Shown here: piece after piece, positions 13,473-23,452 of the stretch | Layout: every line of letters starts with the position of its first letter | How positions within the stretch are numbered: the first letter of the stretch is position 1 | Assembly: GCA_963732415.1 (NCBI GenBank) | Contig: CAVSZK010000021.1 | Coordinates: forward strand, 248,197-312,196 | Source of the DNA: an uncultured Gammaproteobacteria bacterium | GTDB lineage: Bacteria > Pseudomonadota > Gammaproteobacteria > Steroidobacterales > Steroidobacteraceae | DNA length: 64,000 nucleotides | Direction of reading: 5' to 3' | Program-made: the position numbers and the translations under genes | The notes under the pieces: model-generated | Seen by the model: the letters and a program-made list of their open reading frames with translations, nothing else | What the model was told of the DNA's origin: nothing | The model's database searches: none

Positions 13473-14234
13473 TCAGAGGCGCAGGCCGCCATCAACGTCG
13501 ATGGACCGCCCGGTGAAGTAGTCGTTCTCGGCGATGTACACGGCCGTGTGGCCAATCTCCTCGGGCAGGGCGAGTCGCTTGAGCGGTACTGGTGCCGTGA
13601 CCTTGTCGAGCATCTCCTGGGGCATGCCCGACAGCAGGTCGGTGCGCGTGAACCCCGGCGCGATCGAGGCCGCGCGGATGCCGTAGCGCGCGAGTTCCTT
13701 GGCCCAGACCACGGCCATGGCCGTGACACCGGCCTTCGCTGCAGAGTAGTTGGTCTGGCCCGCGTTGCCGCACTTCGAGATGCTCGAGATGTTGATGATG
13801 AGGCCGCCTTGCCCGAGCCTGATCATGCGCTCCGCGGCTTCGCGGCCGCAGAGGAATACGCCGGTCAGGTTCACGTCGATCACGGCCTGCCACTGCTCGA
13901 GGCCCATCTTGCCGGTCACGGCGCCGTCCTTCGCCTTTACCAGGAGACCGTCCTTGATGATGCCCGCGTTGTTGACCATCACGTCGAGCCTTCCGAGGTC
14001 CGCGATGATGCTGTCGAGGGCCTCGATCACCTGCTCTTCACGCGCGACGTTGGCCGCGTAGGTTCGAACATCCAATCCGGCCTGCGCGAAGTCGGCTTTC
14101 GCCGTCTCGAGGTCGGCCGGGCTCAGGTCGATCAGTGCAACCCGTGCGCCGCGGTCGGCGAAAGCCGACGCAATTGCCCGCCCGATGCCGCGAGCGCCGC
14201 CCGTGACGACGACGACCTTGTCCTTGAGTTGCAT
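13473..14234 (-). CDS. SDR family oxidoreductase (FabG-like 3-oxoacyl reductase)
   Basis: ATG at 14234 gives MQLKDKVVVVTGGARGIGRAI.., with NNAG and S..YSAAK. The upstream 45 codons of the track ORF overlap the thiolase gene. Confidence 0.85.
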   Translation of the reverse strand: MQLKDKVVVVTGGARGIGRAIASAFADRGARVALIDLSPADLETAKADFAQAGLDVRTYAANVAREEQVIEALDSIIADLGRLDVMVNNAGIIKDGLLVKAKDGAVTGKMGLEQWQAVIDVNLTGVFLCGREAAERMIRLGQGGLIINISSISKCGNAGQTNYSAAKAGVTAMAVVWAKELARYGIRAASIAPGFTRTDLLSGMPQEMLDKVTAPVPLKRLALPEEIGHTAVYIAENDYFTGRSIDVDGGLRL

Positions 14235-14274
14235 GCCTGGTTCCCTGTTGTAGTGAAGGCCGCGGGCCCGTGAC

Positions 14275-15456
14275 TCAGCCTGCGATCTCGATGGCGATGG
14301 CCGTGGCCTCGCCGCCGCCGATGCACTGCGATGCGACGCCGCGGCGCAGGCCGCGCTTCCTGAGCGCATGCACCAGCGTCGTGATCAGCCGTGCGCCGGT
14401 TGCGCCGATTGGGTGGCCAAGCGCGCAGGCTCCGCCATTCACGTTGACGCGGGCATGGTCCAGTTTCAGGTCGTGCATTGCCGCCATGGTCACGCAGGCG
14501 AATGCCTCGTTGATTTCGAAGAGATCGACGTCGGAGACCTTCCAGCCGGCCAGGTCGAGCGCCTTCTGTATCGCCGGCCCGGGAGCGGTCGTGAACCACT
14601 CGGGTGCCTGCGCGTGGCTCGCCGATGCGACGATGCGCGCCAGGGGCACTAGGCTATGCGAACTGGCCCAATCGGCGCTGGCAATGACGATTGCCGCCGC
14701 GCCGTCCGAAATCGACGACGAAGAAGCCGCAGTCACGGTGCCAGTCTTCGAAAACGCAGGCTTCAGGCTCGGGATCTTGTCGATGTCGAGCGCAAAGGGC
14801 GTCTCGTCCTGCGATATGGTCTGCTCGCCCTTGCGGGTCTTCACGGTAACCGGCGCGATCTCGGCGACGAAGTCGCCATCACGCACCGCGCGTTGTGCGC
14901 GGCGCACGGACTCGGCGGCGAACGCGTCCTGGTCCTCGCGCTTGAAGCCGTATTTCTCCGCAGTTGCGTCTGCGAAGCAGCCCATGGCCTTTCCGTCCCA
15001 GGGGCTCTGCAGGCCGTCATAGAACATATGGTCGAGGATTTCCCCGTGGCCCATCCGGTAGCCACTGCGCGCCTTGAGCAGCAGGTAGGGGGCGTTGGTC
15101 ATCGACTCGATGCCGCCGGCGAGCACGGAGGAAACACTGCCGGCGCGGATCCGGTCGGTGCCGAACATCACCGACTGCATGCCCGAGCCACACATCTTGT
15201 TCACGGTGGTGGCCGGCACGTCGAGCGCGACACCGGCGCCCACGGCGGCCTGTCGAGCAGGCGCCTGGCCCTGGCCGGCCGACAGCACACAACCGAGGAT
15301 AACTTCGCCGAGCTGGTCCGGCCGAACGCCCGAGTCCGCAACTGCGGCTCGTGCTGCAACAGCGCCGAGCTGCGAAGCCGACATAGGCGCGAGGCACCCC
15401 TGGAATGCGCCGACCGGCGTGCGCCGCGCGGCGAGAATCACGACCTGTTCGCTCAT
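14275..15456 (-). CDS. Acetyl-CoA C-acyltransferase (thiolase)
   Basis: ATG at 15456 gives MSEQVVILAARRTPVGAFQG.. (393 aa), with motifs VNKMCGSG and GGACALGHPIGATG. Confidence 0.92.
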   Translation of the reverse strand: MSEQVVILAARRTPVGAFQGCLAPMSASQLGAVAARAAVADSGVRPDQLGEVILGCVLSAGQGQAPARQAAVGAGVALDVPATTVNKMCGSGMQSVMFGTDRIRAGSVSSVLAGGIESMTNAPYLLLKARSGYRMGHGEILDHMFYDGLQSPWDGKAMGCFADATAEKYGFKREDQDAFAAESVRRAQRAVRDGDFVAEIAPVTVKTRKGEQTISQDETPFALDIDKIPSLKPAFSKTGTVTAASSSSISDGAAAIVIASADWASSHSLVPLARIVASASHAQAPEWFTTAPGPAIQKALDLAGWKVSDVDLFEINEAFACVTMAAMHDLKLDHARVNVNGGACALGHPIGATGARLITTLVHALRKRGLRRGVASQCIGGGEATAIAIEIAG

Positions 15457-15724
15457 GGAGTAGCCCTCTGTTGTTCTGTGCTTGTATGCCGGCGCGCCAG
15501 ATGGCGGTGACGGAGCGTGCAGCCGATCCGCGACGCCCGAGTTTAAGCCGAGCGGTTTTTGCGGCGCAATACGGCTCTCCGCATCTAGGCACCACGTGCC
15601 GGTCGCCCGTGGCGACGGCCCATGGCCGGCGAACACCATGAAAGCATCGGCAGGAGCACGGTTAATATGTGATTCACTGTCGGCATAGACTTTGGGTCAA
15701 TTGCGCAATGAGCGGGGCAGAGGC

Positions 15725-18700
15725 ATGAACGCAGGAACGTCGACCGGCACGGCGCGACCACAACCGATTGAACGGGACGAGGCGGCGCCACTGCGCTTCG
15801 TCAGTGCGGCCTCGCTGTTCGACGGCCACGATGCCGCGATCAACATCATCCGGCGCCTTCTCCAGGCGCACGGCGCCGAGGTCGTGCATCTCGGCCACAA
15901 CCGCAGCGTTGCCGATATCGTCGGTGCCGCTATCCAGGAGGATGCCGACGGGATCGCGGTCAGTTCCTACCAGGGCGGTCACAACGAGTACTTCCGCTAC
16001 ATGGTGGACATGCTGCGAGAGCACAATGCCGGTCACATCCGTGTGATCGTCGGTGGTGGCGGCACGATTGCGCCGCCCGAGGTCGAGGAACTGCAGTCGT
16101 ACGGCGTCGAGCGTATCTACTCGGCCGAGGATGGCCGCCAGCTCGGCCTCGACGGCATGATCGACGACGTGATTCGGCGAGTGAGCCATCAGCCACGTGA
16201 GCCGTTCCAGTTCGGGCCGCTCGGCCCGCGTGACCACCTGCAGATCGCGCGTACGATTTCCGCGCTCGAGTCGGACAGCGACGTTCCGGGCATTCGCGAG
16301 ACGCTGCGCAAGGCAGCAGCACGCGGCGAGCACCGTACGCCCGTGATCGGCATCACCGGCACCGGCGGCGCGGGCAAGTCGAGCCTCACCGACGAGCTTC
16401 TGATGCGCTTTGTGCGTCACTTCCCCGATCGCAACATTGCAGTCGTGGCGATGGACCCGACGCGACGGCGCAGCGGTGGCGCGCTGCTGGGCGACCGCAT
16501 CCGCATGAACTCACTGGCGGCTGCGCAGGTCTTCATGCGCTCGCTCGCAACCCGGCGGCAGAATCTCGCAACCAGCGCGGTGCTGGCCGACGTGCTGAAC
16601 CTGCTGCGCTACGCGAGCTTCGACCTGGTCGTGGTCGAAACCGCTGGCATCGGACAGAGCGATTCGGAGATCGTGGACCTGGTGGACGTGCCGCTGTATG
16701 TCATGACCAGCGAGTATGGGGCGGCGAGCCAGCTCGAGAAGATCGACATGCTGGATTTCGCGGAGCTGATCGCACTCAACAAGTTCGAGAAGCGCGGCGC
16801 GGAGGATGCGTTGCGCGACGTGCGCAAGCAATGGCGGCGCAATCACGTTGCATTCCAGGTTCCGGATGCGGACGTGCCGGTGTACCCGACAATCGCGAGC
16901 CGTTTCAACGATCCGGGCGTGAACCGGCTGTTCGCGGCGCTTTGCGCCAGGATTGGCGCGAAGACCGGCGACGCGGCGCGCTGGAACGTGTCCGATCCAG
17001 GTCCCGTGGAACTCGTCGAGCGTCACGCGCTGGTGCCGGCAGGCCGCACGCGCTACCTCGCCGAGATCGCCGTCAACGGCAGGCGCGCGGCGACGGACGT
17101 TGAGCACCGCGCGCAGGCCGCGGGCCGGGCCAATGCCCTGCACGAGGCGCTGCGCGCACTGGAAGATCCGCTATTGCCTGCGCCACTCGACCGCTATCCG
17201 GAGGCCGCCGTCGCGGCGCCGGCCGACGCCTCGCTTGCACGCCTGCGGGAGGCCTACAACGACTCGCTCGACGCAGTCGGCGCCGAGGCTGTCGAGCTGC
17301 TGCGAAAGTGGCCCGGGCTCGCCAGCGGAGCGACGGACCCCGAGTACTCGTACGTCGTGCGTGGCCGCGAGATCCGTGGTGATAATTACACCGAGACACT
17401 GAGCCACACCCGCGTGCCCAAGCTGGCTGTGCCAAAGTACCTGGGCTGGGGCGACCTTCTCGCATTCCTGCTGCGGGAGCACCTGCCGGGTCACTTTCCG
17501 TACACGGCCGGCGTTTACCCGTACCGGCGCGAGGAGGAGGACCCGACGCGAATGTTCGCCGGGGAGGGCGCGCCGGAGCGCACCAATCACCGCTTTCACT
17601 ATCTCGCGGCCGGCCATGGCGTGGCCAGACTGTCGACTGCGTTCGACTCGACCACGCTCTACGGCGAGGATCCGGACGAACGCCCGGACATCTACGGTCG
17701 CATCGGCAACTCAGGCGTGTCGATCGCCACGCTCGACGACATGAAGAAGCTCTACTCGGGCTTCGACCTTTGTGCGCCGACAACGTCGGTGTCGATGACG
17801 ATCAACGGACCCGCACCGATGATCCTCGCGATGTACATGAATACCGCGGTTGACCAGCGCATCGAGCGCCACCTGCGCGATTCGGGCCGCTGGGATGATG
17901 CGGAGCGGCGTATCGCGGAGATCTACCGCGATCGCGCGCGGCCCGTGTACCGGGGAGAACTTCCTCCCGGTCATGACGGCTCCGGGCTCGGGCTGCTTGG
18001 CGTCACCGGAGACCAGCTGGTGGACCGCGAGACCTACCAGAAGATCCGCGCCGAAGCACTGTCGCTGGTGCGTGGCACCGTGCAGGCCGACATCCTGAAG
18101 GAGGACCAGGCGCAGAACACCTGCATCTTCTCCACCGAGTTCGCGCTCAGGATGATGGGGGATGTCCAGCAGTACTTTTCGGAACAGGACGTCCGCAATT
18201 TCTACTCGGTGTCGATCTCCGGCTACCACATCGCCGAGGCGGGCGCGAACCCGATATCGCAGCTCGCGTTCACGCTGGCAAACGGGTTCACGATCGTCGA
18301 GTACTACCTGGCGCGTGGCATGGACATAGACGACTTCGCGCCGAACCTGTCGTTCTTCTTCTCGAACGGCATGGACCCGGAGTATGCGGTTATCGGACGT
18401 GTCGCACGGCGCATCTGGGCGCGCGCCATGCGCGATATCTACGGTGGCGGACCGCGCTCGCAGATGCTCAAGTACCACATCCAGACGTCCGGGCGGAGCC
18501 TGCACGCGCGCGAAATACAGTTCAACGACATCCGCACCACGCTGCAGGCGCTCTATGCGCTGTTCGACAACTGCAACAGCCTGCACACCAATGCATACGA
18601 CGAGGCGATCACGACGCCCACCGAGGAATCGGTGCGCCGCGCGGTGGCGATCCAGTTGATCATCAACAAGGAACTCGGCCTCAACAAGACGCAGAACCCC

Positions 18701-19174
18701 TGGCAGGGGTCGTTCGCGGTCGAGGCCCTCACCGATGCGGTCGAGGAGGCCGTCTATCGCGAGTTCGACAGCATCTCGGAGCGAGGCGGGGTGCTCGGCG
18801 CGATGGAAACCATGTACCAGCGCAGCCGGATCCAGGAAGAGAGCATGTACTACGAGACGCTGAAGCACGACGGGCGACTGCCTGTGGTCGGTGTCAACAC
18901 CTTCCTCGGCGCGCAGGATGGCAACCAGGAGATTCTCGGCGCGCAGCTGATTCGCTCGACGGAGCAGGAGAAAGCCGACCAGGTGAGTTCGGTGCGCGAC
19001 TTCCTTTCGCGCAACGAAGCCGCGCGTCCAGCGGCCATCGCGCGCCTGCAGAAGGCCGCCGCGAACGGCGGCAACGTGTTCGCGGAACTGATGGAGACCG
19101 TCAAGGTCGCGTCGCTGGGCTCGATCTCGCACGCGCTCTACCAGGTCGGCGGGCAGTATCGGCGCAGCATGTAG
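15725..19174 (+). CDS. icmF: Fused isobutyryl-CoA mutase (B12-binding domain + MeaB-like GTPase + mutase domain)
   Basis: N-terminal B12 domain (SLFDGHDAAINI), P-loop GITGTGGAGKSSL, and a C-terminal acyl-CoA mutase barrel in one ~1150-aa ORF. The start is ATG 15725, or alternatively TTG 15692. Confidence 0.9.
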   Translation: MNAGTSTGTARPQPIERDEAAPLRFVSAASLFDGHDAAINIIRRLLQAHGAEVVHLGHNRSVADIVGAAIQEDADGIAVSSYQGGHNEYFRYMVDMLREHNAGHIRVIVGGGGTIAPPEVEELQSYGVERIYSAEDGRQLGLDGMIDDVIRRVSHQPREPFQFGPLGPRDHLQIARTISALESDSDVPGIRETLRKAAARGEHRTPVIGITGTGGAGKSSLTDELLMRFVRHFPDRNIAVVAMDPTRRRSGGALLGDRIRMNSLAAAQVFMRSLATRRQNLATSAVLADVLNLLRYASFDLVVVETAGIGQSDSEIVDLVDVPLYVMTSEYGAASQLEKIDMLDFAELIALNKFEKRGAEDALRDVRKQWRRNHVAFQVPDADVPVYPTIASRFNDPGVNRLFAALCARIGAKTGDAARWNVSDPGPVELVERHALVPAGRTRYLAEIAVNGRRAATDVEHRAQAAGRANALHEALRALEDPLLPAPLDRYPEAAVAAPADASLARLREAYNDSLDAVGAEAVELLRKWPGLASGATDPEYSYVVRGREIRGDNYTETLSHTRVPKLAVPKYLGWGDLLAFLLREHLPGHFPYTAGVYPYRREEEDPTRMFAGEGAPERTNHRFHYLAAGHGVARLSTAFDSTTLYGEDPDERPDIYGRIGNSGVSIATLDDMKKLYSGFDLCAPTTSVSMTINGPAPMILAMYMNTAVDQRIERHLRDSGRWDDAERRIAEIYRDRARPVYRGELPPGHDGSGLGLLGVTGDQLVDRETYQKIRAEALSLVRGTVQADILKEDQAQNTCIFSTEFALRMMGDVQQYFSEQDVRNFYSVSISGYHIAEAGANPISQLAFTLANGFTIVEYYLARGMDIDDFAPNLSFFFSNGMDPEYAVIGRVARRIWARAMRDIYGGGPRSQMLKYHIQTSGRSLHAREIQFNDIRTTLQALYALFDNCNSLHTNAYDEAITTPTEESVRRAVAIQLIINKELGLNKTQNPWQGSFAVEALTDAVEEAVYREFDSISERGGVLGAMETMYQRSRIQEESMYYETLKHDGRLPVVGVNTFLGAQDGNQEILGAQLIRSTEQEKADQVSSVRDFLSRNEAARPAAIARLQKAAANGGNVFAELMETVKVASLGSISHALYQVGGQYRRSM

Positions 19175-19211
19175 CTGTCGCCCGCACCTCACGCCGAGGC
19201 GTCAGCGCCGA

Positions 19212-19324
19212 GTACCCGTCCGGGGAGAACCCTGCGGCCGGCGTCGCGCGGCAGGGACGCCGCGCGCGAGCCCCCATGGACGGGTTTACGGCGTCCCGCC
19301 GCAGGGTTCTCCCCGGACGGGTAC
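19212..19324. repeat. Intergenic palindromic repeat element, copy 1
   Basis: A perfect 27-bp inverted repeat (GTACCCGTCCGGGGAGAACCCTGCGGC at 19212-19238 with its complement at 19298-19324) flanks a 59-bp core. The core contains GGCGTCGCGCGGCAGGGACGCCGCGCGCGAG and CCCCATGGACGGGTTTACGGCGTCC. The same core recurs at 63156-63272 and 63342-63442. Confidence 0.7.
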
Positions 19325-19357
19325 CAGCGCTTTCCCGGTCGCCGAGCCCGCGGCAGG

Positions 19358-20098
19358 TCAGCGCGAAGTTGTCGGGGCCAGGTCCGGCTCATCGAGCCGC
19401 GCGACCATGCGCCGGCGCGCCTCGTCGCGCAGGCTGTCGGCCGTGACGTCCGGCCTGGTCGATGGCAGCGGCTCGAGGATCTCGAATTCGATGAGCCCGG
19501 GCCGCGGGATGATGGCGTCGCCGGGCATTGCTCGCCGCGCGCCGCGGATCACCGCGGGAACCACCGGCACGCGGCCTCGCACCGCAGCCGTGAACGCACC
19601 GGAGTGGAATCGCTTGAGGCCAACGGTCTCGTCGAAGGTCCCTTCCGGAAAGAACACCAGCGATTGGCCCTGTTCTGCCCGCTCGATCACTCGCCGCGCA
19701 CCTCGCTGGCGCCCGCGCTGGCTGTGGCGGTCGACGAACTCGACGCCGATGCGGCGCATCAGGAACCCCGCGACCGGGAGGCTCGACGCCTCGAGCTTCA
19801 CGACGAAGGAGAACCGCGGTGGCAGCAGCGCTTGCAGCAGCACGCCGTCGAGAAGGCTCGAATGATTGGCGACGACGATGCAGGAGCCCTCCGGAAGGTT
19901 GGTCGTTCCGTAGACAGCGACGCGAAGCCCGAACAGCGCGAGCGCCACGCGCGCCAGCCACCGGGTCAGGCTGCGGCGCCAGGCTAGCCGTGGCACGATT
20001 ACCGCGAGGACGGCGGCCAGCAGCAGCAGCAGGCAGAAGATTCCCAGCGCACAGGCACCGTAAAGGCCCTGCAGCGCTCGGCCGAACAGGCGAAGCAT
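19358..20098 (-). CDS. Lysophospholipid (1-acyl-sn-glycerol-3-phosphate) acyltransferase family protein
   Basis: ATG at 20098 gives MLRLFGRALQ.. with an N-terminal TM helix, HX4D motif (VANHSSLLDG) and FPEGT. The first 130 residues of the track ORF are an extension. Confidence 0.8.
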   Translation of the reverse strand: MLRLFGRALQGLYGACALGIFCLLLLLAAVLAVIVPRLAWRRSLTRWLARVALALFGLRVAVYGTTNLPEGSCIVVANHSSLLDGVLLQALLPPRFSFVVKLEASSLPVAGFLMRRIGVEFVDRHSQRGRQRGARRVIERAEQGQSLVFFPEGTFDETVGLKRFHSGAFTAAVRGRVPVVPAVIRGARRAMPGDAIIPRPGLIEFEILEPLPSTRPDVTADSLRDEARRRMVARLDEPDLAPTTSR

Positions 20099-20258
20099 CG
20101 GACGATTCCTCTGGCGGGGTGGGCAGTCTGCACAGCCGCCGACATTCTGTGAACTGGTTCCGGTTATGTTAACGGCAGGGTCCAATCTGTGAGGGGTGTC
20201 ACTACGGTTGGCTGACAGCGACTCGCATACTTCGCGCCACGAACGGTTCCGAGGTCCC

Positions 20259-21206
20259 ATGAGCACAGCAGTCAAAACCAGCGTCATCGCCGGCGCCCGG
20301 CGCAGCGGCAGCGCCGCGCAGGGGCCAGGCCCGATCGATCGTTTCCTCGACGCGGTCTGGATGGAGCGCGGCCTCGCGCCCAACACGCTGGCGGCGTATC
20401 GAGCCGACCTGACCGCGCTCGACCGCTGGCTGGAAATCCACGAGACGGAGCTTACCTCGGCGAAGCGCGGCGACCTGCTCGAATTCATGGCCGCGCGCGC
20501 CCAGGCGGGCGCGCAGCCGCGCTCGACGGCCCGGCAGCTGTCGAGCTTTCGCCGTTTCTACCGATACATGGTTCGCGAAGGTTCGCTGCGCGAAGACCCG
20601 ACTGCGCAGATTGCGATGCCAAAGGTCGGGCGTTCTCTACCGCGGTCGCTCACGGAGGAGGAAGTCGAGGCCCTGTTGGCCGCTCCTACCGTGGGCGACC
20701 CGCTAGGCCACCGCGACCGCACGATGCTCGAGGTGCTCTACGCCACGGGCCTGCGCGTTTCGGAGCTCGTAAACCTGAAACTGACGCAGGTCAACCTCAA
20801 CCAGGGCGTGCTGCGCATCGTCGGCAAGGGCGACCGTGAGCGGCTGATCCCGCTCGGCGAGGAAGCGGTGCAGTGGATCCAGCAGTTCCTGCACGGACCA
20901 CGCGTTGAGATCCTGCTCGAGCGGCAGACCGACTACCTGTTCCCGACACGTCGCGGCGACCGCATGACCCGCCAGGCGTTCTGGCACATCATCAAGCGCT
21001 ATGCGCGCAAGGCAGGCGTCGAGAAGGAACTCTCGCCGCATACGCTGCGTCACGCATTCGCCACCCACCTTCTGAACCACGGCGCGGACCTGCGCGTGGT
21101 ACAGATGCTGCTTGGGCACAGCGACCTTTCGACGACGCAGATCTATACGCACGTCGCCCGGGAACGCTTGAAAGACCTGCATTCGCAGCACCATCCGCGC
21201 GGCTGA
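20259..21206 (+). CDS. xerD: Site-specific tyrosine recombinase XerD
   Basis: Near-colinear with E. coli XerD (FLDAVWMERGLAPNTLAAYRADL.., LRHAFATHLLNHGADLRVVQMLLGHSDLSTTQIYTHV). The start is ATG 20259. Confidence 0.93.
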   Translation: MSTAVKTSVIAGARRSGSAAQGPGPIDRFLDAVWMERGLAPNTLAAYRADLTALDRWLEIHETELTSAKRGDLLEFMAARAQAGAQPRSTARQLSSFRRFYRYMVREGSLREDPTAQIAMPKVGRSLPRSLTEEEVEALLAAPTVGDPLGHRDRTMLEVLYATGLRVSELVNLKLTQVNLNQGVLRIVGKGDRERLIPLGEEAVQWIQQFLHGPRVEILLERQTDYLFPTRRGDRMTRQAFWHIIKRYARKAGVEKELSPHTLRHAFATHLLNHGADLRVVQMLLGHSDLSTTQIYTHVARERLKDLHSQHHPRG

Positions 21207-21328
21207 CCCGTTCCCGCAACCCGTCCGGCCGGGTGCTCTGCTAGACTCCCGCGCCTTCGCGGCGGAACCTGTCGCCGCGGCCGCTGTCCGAAGGTGACAC
21301 GGATTGCCTTTTCCTACGGATCAACAGC

Positions 21329-22114
21329 ATGCGCATAATGAGTCTTGCACTGTGTTTCACGGCATTGATCGCGGCTGGCGCCACGGCCGCGACACCGGCT
21401 CAGAAGTCCGCCAAGGCGGCCGCGGCGTCCACGGCCGTCCCTGCCGAGGTTCGCGCCCGCGTGGTCGCGAAGCTGCCGGGTGCGGGCCCTGAGGACGTCG
21501 CCGCTTCGCCAATTCCGGGGCTGTATGAAGTCACGATGGGCGGCTTGATCGCCTACGTGAGTGCCGACGGCAAGTACCTGGTCAGCGGCAGCATCTATGA
21601 CCTGGCGACCGAGACGAACCTGACCGCCAAGCGCCGCAACGACGCCAGGGCGAAGGCCCTCGCGGCGGCGCGTGAGGACCAGATGATCGTCTTCTCCCCG
21701 GCGAATCCCAAGATGACCGTCACCGTGTTCACTGACGTCGATTGCGGCTATTGCCGCAAGTTCCATGGCCAGATCGCCGAGTTGAACAAGGCCGGCGTTC
21801 GCGTTCGCTACGTTCCGTTCCCGCGGACCGGGCCCGGCACCGAGTCCTGGCGGAAAGCGGAAGCGGTCTGGTGCGCGGCAGATCGCAAGGATGCGCTCAC
21901 ACGCGCGAAGCGCGGCGAAGAGGTCAAGTCAAAGAACTGCAGCGACGCGATGATCCAGGCCGGATTCACCATGGGCGAGGATTTCGGCCTCGAGGGTACG
22001 CCGGCGATCTACACGCAGTCAGGCGAGTACATCGGCGGGTTCCTGACGCCGGAGCAACTCGTGACGATGGTGCGCGAGTCCGAGAAGGGCGCAGGTAGCG
22101 GCGCGGGCCGCTGA
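21329..22114 (+). CDS. dsbC: Thiol:disulfide interchange protein DsbC
   Basis: Signal peptide, CGYC active site (FTDVDCGYCRKFH), and the conserved xerD-dsbC neighbourhood. Confidence 0.88.
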   Translation: MRIMSLALCFTALIAAGATAATPAQKSAKAAAASTAVPAEVRARVVAKLPGAGPEDVAASPIPGLYEVTMGGLIAYVSADGKYLVSGSIYDLATETNLTAKRRNDARAKALAAAREDQMIVFSPANPKMTVTVFTDVDCGYCRKFHGQIAELNKAGVRVRYVPFPRTGPGTESWRKAEAVWCAADRKDALTRAKRGEEVKSKNCSDAMIQAGFTMGEDFGLEGTPAIYTQSGEYIGGFLTPEQLVTMVRESEKGAGSGAGR

Positions 22115-22139
22115 TTCCAGGGCCGCCGATTGCCGGCGC

Positions 22140-22463
22140 TCAGCGCTCGAGCAGAGGCTGCTTATCGGTGCGGCCGTCCCATTCCCTGGCGTCTTCCGGG
22201 GGTTCCTTCTTCTCGGTGATGACCGGCCACTTCTTTGCCAGTTCGGCGTTCAGTTCCTTGAAGGCCTGCTGACCAGCCGGCAGTTCCTCTTCCGAGAAAA
22301 TGGCTTCGGCCGGGCATTCAGGCTCGCACAGCGTGCAGTCGATGCACTCGTCCGGGTCGATCACCAGCATGTTCGGCCCCTCGTGGAAACAGTCCACCGG
22401 GCAGACTTCCACGCAGTCCGTGTACTTGCACTTGATGCAGTTTTCGGTGACGACAAAGGTCAT
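22140..22463 (-). CDS. fdxA: 7Fe ferredoxin ([3Fe-4S][4Fe-4S])
   Basis: 107 aa beginning [26 protein letters not shown], with [12 protein letters not shown]. Confidence 0.93.
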   Translation of the reverse strand: MTFVVTENCIKCKYTDCVEVCPVDCFHEGPNMLVIDPDECIDCTLCEPECPAEAIFSEEELPAGQQAFKELNAELAKKWPVITEKKEPPEDAREWDGRTDKQPLLER

Positions 22464-22557
22464 CGGCAGGCTCCAGCTTCAGGATCCGGTCGCGCCAGTC
22501 GGCGGCCGCAGGGCGAGTATTGTGCCAAAGCAAGGACGCGCTGCATAACGGGATTCG

Positions 22558-23106
22558 CTAGCTGGCCGCGCCGGCACGCAGGTCGATAGTTTCGAAGTGG
22601 TGCGACTCGACACCTTGGCGACGGTCGTCCAGGTAGCGGCGCAGTGCGAAATCAACGCTGCGGAAAGCAATGTCCTTCCATGGGATGTCCGCCTCGTCGC
22701 ACAGCATGACTTCGAGGCTCTCTTCCCCCACGCCGAACCTCGGTAGTGGCAGGCGAGCGCGAAACATCACGTGGACCTGGTCGGCGTGGAGCACGTGAAC
22801 GACCGCCAGCAGCGAGCCGATCTCGACTTCGGCCAGGGCTTCCTCGGCAGCCTCGCGCCGCGCAGCGTCGAGCGTCGTCTCACCCAGCTCCATGAATCCC
22901 GCTGGAATCGTCCAGTAGCCGAGCCGCGGTTCGATGGCACGCCGGCAGAGCAGGATGCGACCTTCGTGTTCCGGGACGCAGCCCGCGACGATCTTCGGAT
23001 TCTGGTAGTGCACCGTGCCGCAGGCCGTGCACACGTAGCGGTGCAGATGATCGCCTTCGGGTACGAGTTTCGTGACGGGCTGGCCGCAGCTTGAGCAGAA
23101 TTTCAT
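22558..23106 (-). CDS. NUDIX hydrolase with N-terminal zinc ribbon
   Basis: CSSCG..CTACG ribbon followed by the Nudix box GFMELGETTLDAARREAAEEA. Confidence 0.85.
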   Translation of the reverse strand: MKFCSSCGQPVTKLVPEGDHLHRYVCTACGTVHYQNPKIVAGCVPEHEGRILLCRRAIEPRLGYWTIPAGFMELGETTLDAARREAAEEALAEVEIGSLLAVVHVLHADQVHVMFRARLPLPRFGVGEESLEVMLCDEADIPWKDIAFRSVDFALRRYLDDRRQGVESHHFETIDLRAGAAS

Positions 23107-23161
23107 GGCGCGGTCCCGTCAATCCTCGATGTGCACGAACCGCTGGTCACCGTGCATTGCC

Positions 23162-23248
23162 TGGTGCCGGGAGGGGGAATCGAACCCCCACGATGTCACC
23201 ACCGCCGGATTTTGAGTCCGGTGCGTCTACCAGTTCCGCCATCCCGGC
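23162..23248 (-). tRNA. tRNA-Leu (anticodon CAA)
   Basis: The reverse complement folds as a class II tRNA: acceptor GCCGGGA/TCCCGGC, anticodon stem CCGGA/TCCGG with loop CTCAAAA, long variable arm, T-arm GGGGG-TTCGATT-CCCCC, encoded CCA. Confidence 0.93.
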
Positions 23249-23452
23249 GCGGAGCGCGAAGCTTACCCGATCGCCGGGCGGGCTCAACAAAGACTTTGTG
23301 AGTCAGTTACTTGCGGTGCATGGCAGAAGTGATGTCAAATCACGGCCGTCGACAGCCTCGGGTGTCCTGGAACCAATTCCGGTCGGGGCGGTCAGAGGCC
23401 CCGAACACGTCGCCTGCGGGCGGCACGCGCTTCATGCACGGAGAGTGCCCGC

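Noticed and set aside
17711-19192. 493-aa minus-strand ORF
   Set aside because: It is fully antisense to icmF, with low-complexity Arg/Asp/His-rich composition and no recognisable domain.
20110-20200. Short direct repeats (A/T)TCTGTGA and a GTTAAC palindrome in the acyltransferase-xerD divergent spacer
   Set aside because: They are too short (8 nt, 2 copies) to distinguish from chance, and they match no known operator.
22515-22536. Sigma54-type promoter (TGGCAC on the minus strand) upstream of fdxA
   Set aside because: The downstream element reads TCGCC instead of TTGCA at the required spacing, and no enhancer-binding protein gene is nearby.
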